Source of the DNA: Schmidtea polychroa
Lineage: Eukaryota
Assembly: GCA_044892525.1 (NCBI GenBank)
Contig: CM097885.1
Location: 78,802,001 to 78,866,000, forward strand
Direction: 5' to 3'
Length of the DNA: 64,000 nucleotides
In this document: positions 1 to 10,876 of the stretch, one piece after another
Layout: every line of letters starts with the position of its first letter
Numbering within the stretch: position 1 is the stretch's first letter
Made by a program: the position numbers and the translations under genes
Notes under the pieces: model-generated
The model's input: only the letters and a program-made list of their open reading frames with translations
Databases searched by the model: none
What the model was told of the DNA's origin: nothing

Positions 1-1200
1 CCCTTCATGAGCGACTTCACATCGAGCAACTCACGCTGATTATTACGAATCGTTTCGATCATACTCACACCTTTACATTGTAACTCTTCGACCAAAATCA
101 GTGGTGTAAAATAATTGTCACAAGTGACGTTGTGAACATTTTGTTCATATCCTTGTAATAGAGCGTGGACAACGTATGACGGGTTTGCTATGATTTTTGC
201 CAAAATACGGAAATCCGTTGCAGATAAACTTCGTCTGAAGATCAACTAAAAAAATAATTTTATGCCAAACTTGTCGGGTTTTGAAGCAATGTACTGAATA
301 TATGGACATTGACATTTAGATGGATAAAGCTGCTCATTAATGGTGAGATTTGCGTTTGGGACAAAAGCTTTCTTGCAGTTTTCAATAAATGGAAACCATA
401 ATGAATACTCTAAGGCAAATCAATCTTCTTGTAATCGGTAAGCTCTCTCTGATTTCGTATCAAATCGTTAAAATTTCATGATAGCTGTAAACTTATCTCT
501 AGACATATTATCACGAAAAATGGACTCACCCCATTCTTTAGACCATAATTCGGCAATTGATATATACTTAGCGAGCACCCCTCTTGCATAGCACAAATCT
601 ATGAAAGTCTCCATTTCATGAAACGGAACTTATCAGTCATTTTCACCTTGGCGACAAGCATCTGCTACTGTACACTTTTAAATGGGGCAAAGCATTGGCT
701 CGTCTAAAAACAACTTGAATGAGCTATATGGTGAATCATCCACTCGGCGAATTTCATAAGTTGTTGGACCCCCATTGACCCCCATTTTGAATTGTCTTTC
801 TTTCACCAGAACGCACTTGACTAAATGTTCGCCATTCTGTGCCATCTTTTCCAATTGCAAGATGAGTCATATCTGACTTTTATTGTGTCACAGAAGTAGA
901 GCTGCATGGCTTGTTTCCAATACGTTGAGCTAATGGTAAGAGAAGTGGAAAACCGTCGCTTGATTCATTCGGCATTTCCTCATCAGAAGCAAACGAAAAG
1001 GCATCATCAGACACCTCTATTTGTTCAGCATCGGAATTTTCTTCACCAGATTGTTGAATTAAGTTCCAGTTTTAACCAAACACTAGGAAAGAATACCGTT
1101 GTATTTTCTGAAGTTGATGAACAATATTTCAATATTCGCTTTTTCAATTTCAATTCGCTTTTTTTATTATTTTTTAAATTCAGTGGAAAATTTTTAAATT
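1..1200 (-). mobile_element. Degenerate piggyBac (PGBD-like) transposase remnant, running off the window edge
   Basis: Minus-strand fragments PNANLTINEQLYPSKCQCPYIQYIASKPDKFGIK and NVTCDNYFT...L..KGVSMIETIRNNQRE resemble piggyBac LTIDEQL..KPxKxGIK and DNxFT motifs. Broken by stops and frameshifts. Right boundary approximate. Confidence 0.75.
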
Positions 1201-1836
1201 AATATGGCATATATATGGAAGAAGGTAAAATATGCGAGTATAGCTCGCTGCTTATATGCTGAAAAATACAGTATTATTTCCTTTCCCGGATATCGGGACT
1301 TGGGATTTAACCTCGAGGCCCCGCGCTCTAACAATTATGGCACATATTATAAACATAATGCAGTGTGAGTATATGCAACAAACATCATGGGTTATAAAAA
1401 CAAACCCAATAAAAACACAAGGTTACACAACTGTAATAATCTGTGTTGTGTTTGAGCCTAAATTAGAGATATCTTATATCTAACTCAGGATCAATTTAAT
1501 AGTACGTGGCACCACTAGAAAAAGAGCGACTCAAAAGCTGAAGTCCGACGAACGAGTGGCAATTTTACCTGATGGACAAGCGTTAAATTGTTCTGACACC
1601 TAATGGTAAAAATGACCCTAGTCTGACTTGTGTAGGGATATACCATATTATCTCAAGTAATCCTTTCAAAAGGTGTAAAGGTAGTGTAAAACTACGAGAC
1701 AGATAGCTCTACAATTTCACTCATACTGCTTTCCTAGTTGTACTAATTAAATGGAGATAATACCCTTTTATTTCATAGAATAAGTTTTGGATCCTACCAC
1801 AATAAGCAAAATATCGCGACAAATGGAGGAAATGGA

Positions 1837-1914
1837 GTGTAGAATTTGTTTATTTCTAAGATTCCATACAACTCGGTACGAATTCATCCAATGTATATTA
1901 GTTCTCAGTTTCTT
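1837..1914 (+). repeat. 78-bp dispersed repeat, also at 14241-14318; this copy is cut at the LTR edge
   Basis: gtgtagaatttgtttatttct(a/c)agattccatacaactcggtacg...ctcagtttctt occurs at both sites with one mismatch. Similarity stops where tgttagg begins. Confidence 0.9.
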
Positions 1915-2950
1915 GTTAGGTTCGATGGGTATGTAGTCGAACTAACACAAAAAAGTTAAATCTGACTCCAAGTAAATAATTTATGCGTGTAGGTAATAAA
2001 TAAGAAATATGATTTAAAATGTTTATTAACAATAAAAATTACACGATTGTTTATTTTGTACAAATTAATCACGCTGCTCTCTAAAGAAAAGAAAACGGTT
2101 ATACAAACCGTCCTGAAGAATATTACTAAGAATCAAGGCTGGCCCTAAATGCGCCAACAACCCGATATAGATGAGCGGAAAAAGATAAGGGAGTTTACCA
2201 AATTTTATCGCGATAGAGTCAACCCAGAAATCGGTTAACTCTTTTTCTAATAATATCCGCAACGAAACAACACAAAAGATACGTGCTGACGTTACGTTTT
2301 CTTTTTCCCTTATTTAAATTGTTTAATCGACGGAATAATTTTATATAAATTTATATTTATTTAAGTAACAACAACAATAAATACTAACTAATTTTAATCT
2401 AAATTCCTTTGAGTAAAAAATCCAAAAACCCCAGACGGGTTGCTAAAAAACGAATCCAAATTTTCTTGTTTTATTTTCTTATCAATTACTCCAATGAATA
2501 TCGGAGCAATATAAATAACGTCTCGATATTGAATTTCCAAGCGAATTGAAAAGTCGATCAATAAACTAAAATTCTGTGTATTAATTAAAAAACTGGTATT
2601 CGTCCAATTAGATATCGTTCACTAATTTTTCTCCAAATCTATTTATATCTTCTGCTTCTAATTTTCTGCACTATGATCGTTTCTTTCTCCGTCCCTCGTC
2701 AATGAAATTTTTGTGATATTTATATAAGTTTATTTGTATTAAAGCTATTAATAGTAATTATTAATTACTATTTTTATTATATGTTTATTTTTAGTAATTA
2801 TTTATTACTTTTATATTTTAATCCTAATTTTATTTATTTTTAGTAATTATTTACTACTTTTTATATTTTAATCCTAATTTTATTTATTTTTAGTAATTAT
2901 TTATTACTTAAGCCTAAACTTTTGATTCTGGTTCCTACTGAACCCCAACA
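1914..2950 (-). repeat. Putative 3' LTR (~1037 bp) of the Ty3/gypsy element
   Basis: On the minus strand it begins TGTTGGGGTTC and ends GAACCTAACA (TG...CA with an imperfect terminal inverted repeat). It is preceded by a PPT, and its outer edge coincides with the interruption of the host repeat. No partner LTR is in the window to confirm it. Confidence 0.7.
2784..2909. repeat. About 2.5 copies of a 50-bp AT-rich tandem unit inside the LTR
   Basis: atcctaattttatttatttttagtaattattt recurs at 2821 and 2871. Confidence 0.85.
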
Positions 2951-2952
2951 TG

Positions 2953-2962
2953 TCTTCCCCCT
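2953..2962 (-). promoter_or_regulatory. Polypurine tract (PPT)
   Basis: Minus strand reads AGGGGGAAGA, then CA, then TGTTG (LTR start): the usual gypsy arrangement. Confidence 0.7.
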
Positions 2963-3266
2963 AACAAGATTTTCGTCCCGAAAATTAAAGTGGTAAAGAC
3001 AAGACAATTTTGCAGCTGATACATAAAAATAAAATATAAAATAAAATAAAACAACTGATTAGACTATATATAATGTAAGCAAAAATCAAAATCAAAATAA
3101 TCAAAGATTGTTAAACAAAATCAACACCGAAATCGAATTAATCAAATATTGTTCGTAAAGTAAATGTCTGTCAATTTGAATAACTGTATTGGATTGAGTT
3201 GTCGAAGGTGCTGGGAATGAGGACGTATAGCAAATTGCTAGGTCCATTGAACACATAGCCGAATTG

Positions 3267-4787
3267 CTAGTATTTTCTCCTTTTCATGACGTTGGCACTT
3301 TCGTTACGGATCCTTTGTTCTACTATGTCTGGTCTGTAACTGACCACCAACGTCTCCCGTGTACTTACCTCTTTGTACACAATTGAGAAGATGATGTACG
3401 AGCCCTCATTAGCCTCCAATATTCCGTAATCTGGGAAATCGGATACGGCTACTTCATGGATTGGGCCTCCGTCGTATTCCGTGATTAGCGGTTTCCATTT
3501 GCTGTATGGTCTCTGCCACCAACTAGGATCTTCTTTGTCGAGATCTTCCCGTATTTTGATTGAGTTGTCCCTTCCGACGAACTCGCCTTCCTTCACAATA
3601 ATAGGCTCTCCTGCAATCGTGGGTTCACTCTTTGTTGCCAATATCTTGGTCAACGCAGGATCTGGTGGCTGATAATGGGTTTCTAAGAGATCGTCATCCT
3701 CATCCTGGATGGATATCCTAGGCATTTTCTTTTTTGTACTCTTAGGAATCTCCTTTTTCCTTTTCGTAGAGGTAGGGACATTTTTCTCCTTGTCCTCTTT
3801 CTGAGTGGGTTCTTCCGTTGTTTTCCTTTTGAATTTTAAATCTTGTAGCCTAAGTAATGGTGCTACAGCTTGGGGTAATGTTCCTCCTTCTGCTCCTTGT
3901 TCGGGTTCACTCAACGGGGCCAACGCTTTTAAGATCTTGGTGACCCGTTCCACTAGCTTTGCCGCTGGTGGTGATTTTTCTGTTTCCATTTTAGCCGAAT
4001 TCACCACTCTACCGTCATTAGTAAGGGTGACTTGGAGGCAGTTATCGTCTGCACTCTCACAAGTGGCATAGTCGTCTTCATCAGCAATTGAAATGGCTGG
4101 CGGCGACATGGAATCTTCTTCCACTATTTTCAGCAACTTTGACCTGGGGGTATCTTCTTTTACATAGCTCTCCATAGCTAAAGGTTTCTGCATGCATGAG
4201 GTTCCGGGTTCCATCTGCTTTATTTGTGAAGACACCACCTCTTTCCGGGTGTCTGGTGAAATGTCATCAACCCAGATATCTCGTAAATTGTCGTAAATCT
4301 CCTTAATGGTTGTGACATCATTCTCCGTTTGAAGGTCCGAGAAGTGATGTGGCTCTTTACCGGTGACTGCTTTTGCCAGATATGCCAAACGGTAATACCC
4401 GTTGCATTTCTTTAAGTCCCTACTTTCGAGGGATTTAGCTGCGCCTAACTCACGGATTCCGAGTGCGCGCTGGATTGGGAATTTGATTACTTCTAATAGG
4501 TCTTTTACTAGCAATCCCACGATGATTTTCACATCGCAGATTTTCCTAATTCTTTCGGCACAGTCTTCTCCGTCGAACTGTCCGGTTATTTCTCTCTCGG
4601 TCATACCATGCGCATGCGATTGGTAATGTTTGACCTGTGCTCTGGGGGTAACTCTCGTGTTGAGTATCAGATCGCCATTGAAATGTGAGATTGAGATGGC
4701 CACAATTGCCGGTTTCAGGAATTGTCGTAGTGTAGCGTAGTGAGCTGCTACGAAAATGGTGAGGTTATCTTCTTGTCTAGGGTCCAA
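3267..4787 (-). CDS. Retrotransposon cargo ORF, 506 aa: degenerate DEDDh (REX4/ISG20-like) exonuclease fold, low-complexity middle, C-terminal globular domain
   Basis: VAISISHFNGDLILNTRVTP-x3-V-x2-Y-x5-G, KIIVG, IRE, LAYLAKAVTG and NDVTTIKEIY align by eye with REX4 motifs ARVSIVN..G..YD.YVKP, RILVGH, IRDT, SLRLLSEKILG and QDAQAAMRLY. The ExoI D-x-E residues and the ExoIII His appear lost. Confidence 0.6.
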   Translation of the reverse strand: MDPRQEDNLTIFVAAHYATLRQFLKPAIVAISISHFNGDLILNTRVTPRAQVKHYQSHAHGMTEREITGQFDGEDCAERIRKICDVKIIVGLLVKDLLEVIKFPIQRALGIRELGAAKSLESRDLKKCNGYYRLAYLAKAVTGKEPHHFSDLQTENDVTTIKEIYDNLRDIWVDDISPDTRKEVVSSQIKQMEPGTSCMQKPLAMESYVKEDTPRSKLLKIVEEDSMSPPAISIADEDDYATCESADDNCLQVTLTNDGRVVNSAKMETEKSPPAAKLVERVTKILKALAPLSEPEQGAEGGTLPQAVAPLLRLQDLKFKRKTTEEPTQKEDKEKNVPTSTKRKKEIPKSTKKKMPRISIQDEDDDLLETHYQPPDPALTKILATKSEPTIAGEPIIVKEGEFVGRDNSIKIREDLDKEDPSWWQRPYSKWKPLITEYDGGPIHEVAVSDFPDYGILEANEGSYIIFSIVYKEVSTRETLVVSYRPDIVEQRIRNESANVMKRRKY

Positions 4788-5440
4788 GCGTTGTCTAACG
4801 AAAGACTTAAACGTTTTAATGTCGTTATCATTGACATTATATGTCCAATTTGGGTCATTAACCCATCTCGTTTGTGTTTCTCTGTGAGGTTCCGAATTTC
4901 CATTGCTATGATGGTATCTATTCCTTCACATAACAGTGAGATGTTCTTTTCCCTTCCATCCCCGTTTTCAATTTCCAGGGTTGTATGCTTTTGCAGCAAA
5001 ATGGGGTTTGTGGCACCAGGAACATAAACCGTAAATGGTTTGTTAATGGCGTGTATCCACAGGTGGTTGGTCAGACTATGTCTACCAAACTCAGGCACGA
5101 CCTCAGTAAGCCTAATACTACCGTTATGCTTGCCCGGGATTCTTGAGATAATCATTTGACGCTTTGGGGCTTCGTCAAATTTGAAATTATTGGGTATGCC
5201 TGATCAATGTCTGTAAAACCAGTGCCTTTGGCCTTTTCTGCTTTGCTCCATTACCTGCTTCTCCAGGTTTTTATAAATGAGTTTTTCATTTTACAAGGTC
5301 GTAGCACGTATAATGCTATGTCTTCCTTGGTATTGGGATATTGGATGGCTCTGCATTCCTGAAATAAAAATCATTAACCATAATATCAGATATACTGATA
5401 TGCCATAATAGGCTAAAAAGATATGCATGAGTCTTATCAT
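4748..5440 (-). pseudogene. Cargo ORF (~230 codons) with N-terminal signal peptide or TM segment and two in-frame stops
   Basis: ATG at 5440 gives MIRLMHIFLAYYGISVYLILWLMIFISG. The same frame continues through TAA and TGA into the 4748-5155 ORF (offset 285 nt). Confidence 0.6.
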
Positions 5441-5550
5441 AAAAGATCTACATATGCTGAATTTTAATGCTACCTGGAGCTCTAAATATAGATTTTAAGA
5501 TATATATAAATAGTTATATATGATTTTTCCCTCGGGGGAGTCTGTAATTG

Positions 5551-6470
5551 TCATAATTGCGACATCAGTACTCCATCGTAAGCCCTTATGGCTTGTCTGA
5601 AATATAGCTTGGTCCAAATACCCATAGCTATCAATGTAGTTATTAGTGATAGTACGGCCGATACCGTAATCCATACCCCTATGGGTATTTTCAGAATGTA
5701 TCCTGCATTAAAGTTCGTGATGGCATTACAATCACAACAGTTTGTCAGGTTTGGGGGCGTTTGGCAAGATATTTGTTTGATAGGTGACAACTGTCTAAGA
5801 TGTTGCCACATTGCGGGATGTATCATCATGTTTTCCCTGACTACTTTTGGAGGTGTTTTCGTTATAACTGGCTGTTTCAAAGGTAATATCTCCTCGAATA
5901 CCTCGAACCATCTATCGTCCTGCCGTTTCCTCGGACTATAGTATATAACTAGGACCGAATATTCTACGGACTGATTTAGATACATTTCTTGGGAGGGAGA
6001 GTTCTGGTCTAACCATAATGTGTCTCTCGTGGTTGGTCCGTCTAGAATACAGACTTTCACCTTTTCCTCCCTGCTAATTTGCTGACTAAACTTTACTTTA
6101 TCCCTTTCGTAGGATATCGATATGCGATTTGTGAAATCTGCCGTCCGTAGGATCCAATTTGATACGTGATAGGTATACCAACCACTCTGATATAACCTTG
6201 ATGCTGCGATATGCAGTTTATAATCCGTCTCAGCTTTTAAATCATATAAATCCCACTCTTTTTCTTCTGAATTGAGTTGTCGGATCCGTAAGTACTTGTT
6301 GTAGAAATGTAAATTGAATTTTGTAGCATTATCGCACGTTGTGAGTATGCTAATTCCGTGATACGTTCTTATGAAATGTAAGTGTTCCACTTGCATAGCC
6401 ATAGGCTGAAAATATGCCTTTTTATCCCTTTTTGCCATCGCCAAAGTCATCATACAGCTTATTATCAACA
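5551..6470 (-). CDS. env-position type I membrane protein fused in frame to the pol C-terminus: signal peptide, FN3-like motifs, TM
   Basis: After RYPLRSRG come a hydrophobic VTFLLIISCMMTLAMA, the motifs LYDLKAETDYKLHIAA and YLNQSVEYSVLVIY, a Pro/Thr stalk, CCDC, TM IGVWITVSAVLSLITTLIAMGIW and a short tail. Start boundary approximate. Confidence 0.65.
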
Positions 6471-8088
6471 AAAAGGTTACCGATTTTGGAACACCCCGTG
6501 ATCTCAATGGGTATCGGTGTTCTTGTGGTTCTTCGGTAGTGTTTGGTTTCACGTGTTTCTCGGGTGCTTTTACTTTTGAATTTCCAGAGGTTCCTTTTGT
6601 TGAAATTTCGCACTTTTTACACCGATTAGCATGCACCATTATTGGTTCTGCTTTTCTGTTGGCTACAAGTTGTAATATGAGATTTGTATCTGTGGTTCTC
6701 AATACCTCATATGGCCCTTTGAAATTTCGCATGAGTTTTGGTGATAAGCCTTTCTTGTTATAATGACTTTCCAACATCACCTGGTCTCCAACCAATATGC
6801 CATGATCCTTGGCTTTTCGGTCATGATAATCTTTGGATGCCTCCTGGTTATATTTTATACTGAAACCTGCTCTAGCCCATGCTTCCTGCATTCTTTCCCT
6901 CATTTCCATTAGATAATCTTCCTGATCTAAGTACTGTGTTGCTTTAGGGAAAAACAATAGATCTACCGGCATTTTATTTTGCCTTAGATACATCAGGTAA
7001 AATGGTGTTTCACCTGTTCCTTCATGCACCGCATTTCTGTATGCAAATAAACAGGATGGAATGTGGATATCCCAGTCCGTTTGCCCTGAATTTACATATG
7101 ATGCTAACATATTAGCTAATGTTCCATTAAATCGTTCTACAAGCACATCCGTCTGTGGGTGATATGGAGAAGTGTTCAACTTTAAAACTCCGAAGTAATC
7201 ATTTATTCCCTTGAGCAAATTACTCATGAAATCTGCGCCCCGATCCGTTAATAACTTTGTAGGTACTCCATACCTAAAGACAATTTGTTCAACGAAAATC
7301 CTAGCTATCGTATCAGCTTTGTGATTAGGCATCGGGTAGGCCTCTGGCCACTTAGTCAAGTAGTCGCAGAAAACTAATATGTACTTGTTTCCGCTATTAG
7401 ATTCTTTGAATGGCCCCAACACGTCCATTGCCGTCATTTCCATAGGTGTAGATGGTACTAGCATCGGCTTCATTGGTACGTGTGGTTTCTTCCCGGTATT
7501 TCTTCTGGTGATACAGATCTTACATGTCTGACATCAGGTTTTAACATCTTGTTTCATGCCGGGCCAAAAGTATTTTTGTTTTAACCTCGACAATGTTTTT
7601 CTGGATGACAGGTGGCCTCCTAAGGCTCCATCGTGATACTGCAACATGAGTGCTTCACGGTATTTCTTAGGGACCATTATAACATTGTCTCTTACATCTG
7701 AATATTTAACTAATCCTTCCTCCAGCACAAACTTGTCTTTATTCTTTTCCCAGTATTTCGTGAATTCTGTGGGCACGTATTTTGCTTCCAAGGCTTGACG
7801 AATAACATTGATTTCTTCGTCAGATTTTTGTGCCTCCATTAAATCAGCTAGCCGGGTGGCTTCTCTGGTCAATGTGATGATAGTCCCTTCGAGACGTCCT
7901 TCCTTCACATCCTCTGCTTCCTCCTCCTGGTCCATTCTCGATAAAGCGTCTGCATTTCCATTATGATCTCCCTTTCTATAATGGATTTCTATGTCATATG
8001 GCTGTAAAATTAATGCCCATCTGACTAGTTTTGATGTATCCATTGTGTGTTTTGTCAGCCACTGTAATGGTCTATGATCGGTGTACAC
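6470..8088 (-). pseudogene. RNase H C-terminus and integrase (H2C2 zinc finger, DDE core, GPY motif), one in-frame TGA
   Basis: YTDHRPL; HDGALGGH...KT*CQTC; AMDVLGP, LTDRGADF, HPQTDVLVERFN, FKGPYEV. The 7534-8088 and 5551-7473 ORFs are in the same frame. Confidence 0.95.
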
Positions 8089-8106
8089 TATGATCTTCCG
8101 ACTGGG

Positions 8107-9534
8107 TTATGATCTAAACTGGGTTATAGCATACACAATTGCTAAAGCCTCTAGTTCTATCACTGCGTAGTTTCTCTCGTGTGGTTTTAATCCTCTGCTA
8201 GCGTATGCAATTGCATACTCATCTCCTAGGTCATCTCTCTGACCTAGCACAGCACCTATGCCCCGAGTGCTGGCATCTGTCATAACCAAAAATTGTTTCT
8301 CAAAGTCTGGAAATCGCAATATAGGTGGCTTGACGAGCATATCAAATGCTTCCTGCTGTTCTGTTCCCCACACAAATTTGACATTTTTGCCTTCTAACTG
8401 CGTGAGCGGAAAAGCTATAACCGAGAAGTTTCTAATGAATTTTCTATAGTATCCAACTAGGCCTAAAAACCCTTTGATATGTTTAACGGTTTTAGGCTCC
8501 GGGAAATTCTTTACCTTTTCAACATTAGCTGGGTCGGGTTTAACCCCGTCTCGTGATATGATATGGCCGACATATACCACTTCTGGTTCAGCCCATTTAC
8601 ATTTGGTCGGTTTCACTTTCATGTTGGCATTGATCAACCTCTTGAATACATCTTCTAAATGTTCCAAGTGTTTTTCCAAATTTGGCGAGAATACTATGAA
8701 GTCGTCAATGTATACCATCGCGTGATGTACATCCATGAGCATCAAATTCATTGCTCTTTGAAATGTGGCTGGGGCTCCTGTGAGTCCAAATGGCATTACG
8801 TTATATTCGTAATGACCCATACTCGTAGAAAACGCTGTTATTGGTATAGTCTCATCTTTTAACTTAATTTGATAAAATCCCTTTTGGGCGTCCATTACTG
8901 AGAAGAACCTAGCGTTTCTCATGCGTCCATAGATATAATCTAACAATGGCAATGGATGGCTATCTTTGCATGTTGCTTCGTTAACCATGCGATAGTCGTT
9001 ACATAATCGTACTGATCCATCCTTCTTGGCCACCACTATCATTGGTGATTGATATGGTGATTTACTATGCCTGATTATGCCATGTTTTAACATCAATTTC
9101 ACCTGTTTATCTACTGATTCCTCCAGACTGAATGGAATACGGTATGGTCTCAACTTTATAGGTTTTGTATTGGTGAGAACAATCTCATGTTCTAACAGGT
9201 TTGTTTTTCCCAGATCGTATTCATGTTTCGCGAATACCTGGTCATATTTCCTCAATAGCATATTTACTTGAATGTTTTCCTTTCTGGTTAACACTTTGCT
9301 ATTTGCTGTAGGTGCATCGTAGTACTCAATGTCTGGATCTCTTTCTTCTGCCTTTACGGTGAGTATCGACCCTTCTCCCGTGGCTTGTGGTTCGTTTTGT
9401 TTCCAGATTCTGCCCACTCTGGTGTCGGGATATAAATAAAGTGGTTTAATGTCCAGATTGGCTACCCTGATTGGTATTCTGCCATTGACTATTAAACCTA
9501 CGCTATGAGTAACTGGTATGTTGTATTTCTCCAA
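8107..9534 (-). pseudogene. Reverse transcriptase and RNase H of gypsy pol
   Basis: LCNDYR, DAQKGFYQI, PFGLTGAPATFQ, YIDDFIVFS, TDASTRGIGAVL, ELEALAIV. Ends at an in-frame TAA (FRS*PSRKIIVYTDH). Confidence 0.97.
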
Positions 9535-9818
9535 AAATCTTTCGTCTGGTTCAAATACAACTTCACCTTCCCAATTATTGCTTGTAGCTACAAAGCATAC
9601 TGTTTCTGCTCTGGGTGGTATGATAGTTGTATGATCTATATAAGCTGTATCATCGTTGTAAATTTTTTCTCTTTTTACCTCGTGCTCGGATTAACAATCC
9701 AGATGCACAATCGAATACTACTCCTCGTAGTCTTTTTAGGATGTCCATACCCAATAGACATTCGGCTGGGAGACTTCTCATCACTATGATATCGTGATGG
9801 AGCTCTTGGTCACATAGC

Positions 9819-10415
9819 TTAATCTGGCATGATAAATGACCCTATTACGTTTAATGATGATCCGTTTGCTCCTGTTAATTTTACTCCTGCCGGTTTTAGC
9901 GACTGCAGTTCATGATGGTTTAACAATTTAGCTTCAATTATGGTACCATCTGCTCCTGAGTCTATCACCGCATTAACTGTATGTCGGTTCACTCTTATTT
10001 TTATCATTGGCTTTTTATCCAAGTTCACTGGGTTATTGACCATCAAGATAGTATCATGCAAGATACCGATTGTAATGGCTCTCGTTTGTTCTGCTTCCAG
10101 TAATTCAGGATCACTCAGTTGAGGATTATACTCTTTAAATTTAGCTTTAATTGACTCTAACGCTTCCTTTGGATAGTGCACCTTAGGTAATTCTGGCAAT
10201 GTTGAACATGTTAGATTATTAAATATAGTATCTTCACCGATTTTCCATTGATGTCGTCCTGTTCTGAGTGTTGTTTCCCTTGAATGTTCCCGCCCTTCGT
10301 TTGGTGCGGATGGTAAACATCCAGTGCTATAACTGGCAGTCTCATTAATGACCACTGGGACTCGGGTGGAGTTACTGGGATGATCATTACCGTGGTTGTT
10401 GCCAACGGTAGACAA
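9819..10415 (-). pseudogene. Retroviral-type aspartic protease, frameshifted relative to RT
   Basis: VNAVIDSGADGTII (DSG motif). CLLGMDILKRL lies downstream in a different frame. Confidence 0.88.
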
Positions 10416-10876
10416 CCCACATCCACTAGATATTCATCATCATCCACTTGCCTGCCATGGACCATTATCAGGAATATACCTGTAGTTTGATCGGTGGCAA
10501 TTACATCTCTCCTCAATATTTTAACCTTGATATAACAATTATAAATCATTGTTAATGGTTCTTTTCCCATCATTCGCACGTCTAGATTAATGTTGCCTTG
10601 TCTATCAGGCTGACTTCGAATAGCTTTCCCATTTTTCCTCATCAGCGCTTCAATTTGCGTCTGGAATGGGCTTGTTTCCTTTACCACTGGTAGTATAAGT
10701 GGAATTATTGCTTCCAACAAATCTACTGGTATTCGTAATACTAACATCCAGTCGAGTATTTCCTTTATAGTTTCTCCATCTCGTGGAGACTTCTGCAATT
10801 CCAACCCTAGTCGCTGGGTCGCCGATTCTACATGTCGAAGTTTTGCATATATACAAGAAACACCACTGAGACACAT
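10211..10876 (-). pseudogene. Possible gag C-terminal remnant
   Basis: Position upstream of the protease and a possibly decayed zinc knuckle (YNC...). No capsid motif recognised. Confidence 0.35.

Noticed and set aside
3267-4787. Intact cargo ORF as evidence of host domestication
   Set aside because: The 1.9-kb integrase/env stretch and the 1.4-kb RT stretch are also open, so the lesion density is too low for this to be informative.
4748-8110. In-frame stops fall at likely Trp (TGA) and Tyr (TAA) positions, as in the alternative flatworm mitochondrial code
   Set aside because: TGG>TGA and TAY>TAA are the commonest single-step nonsense changes. TGG is used for Trp throughout, frameshifts are also present, and host genes end normally at TGA or TAA.
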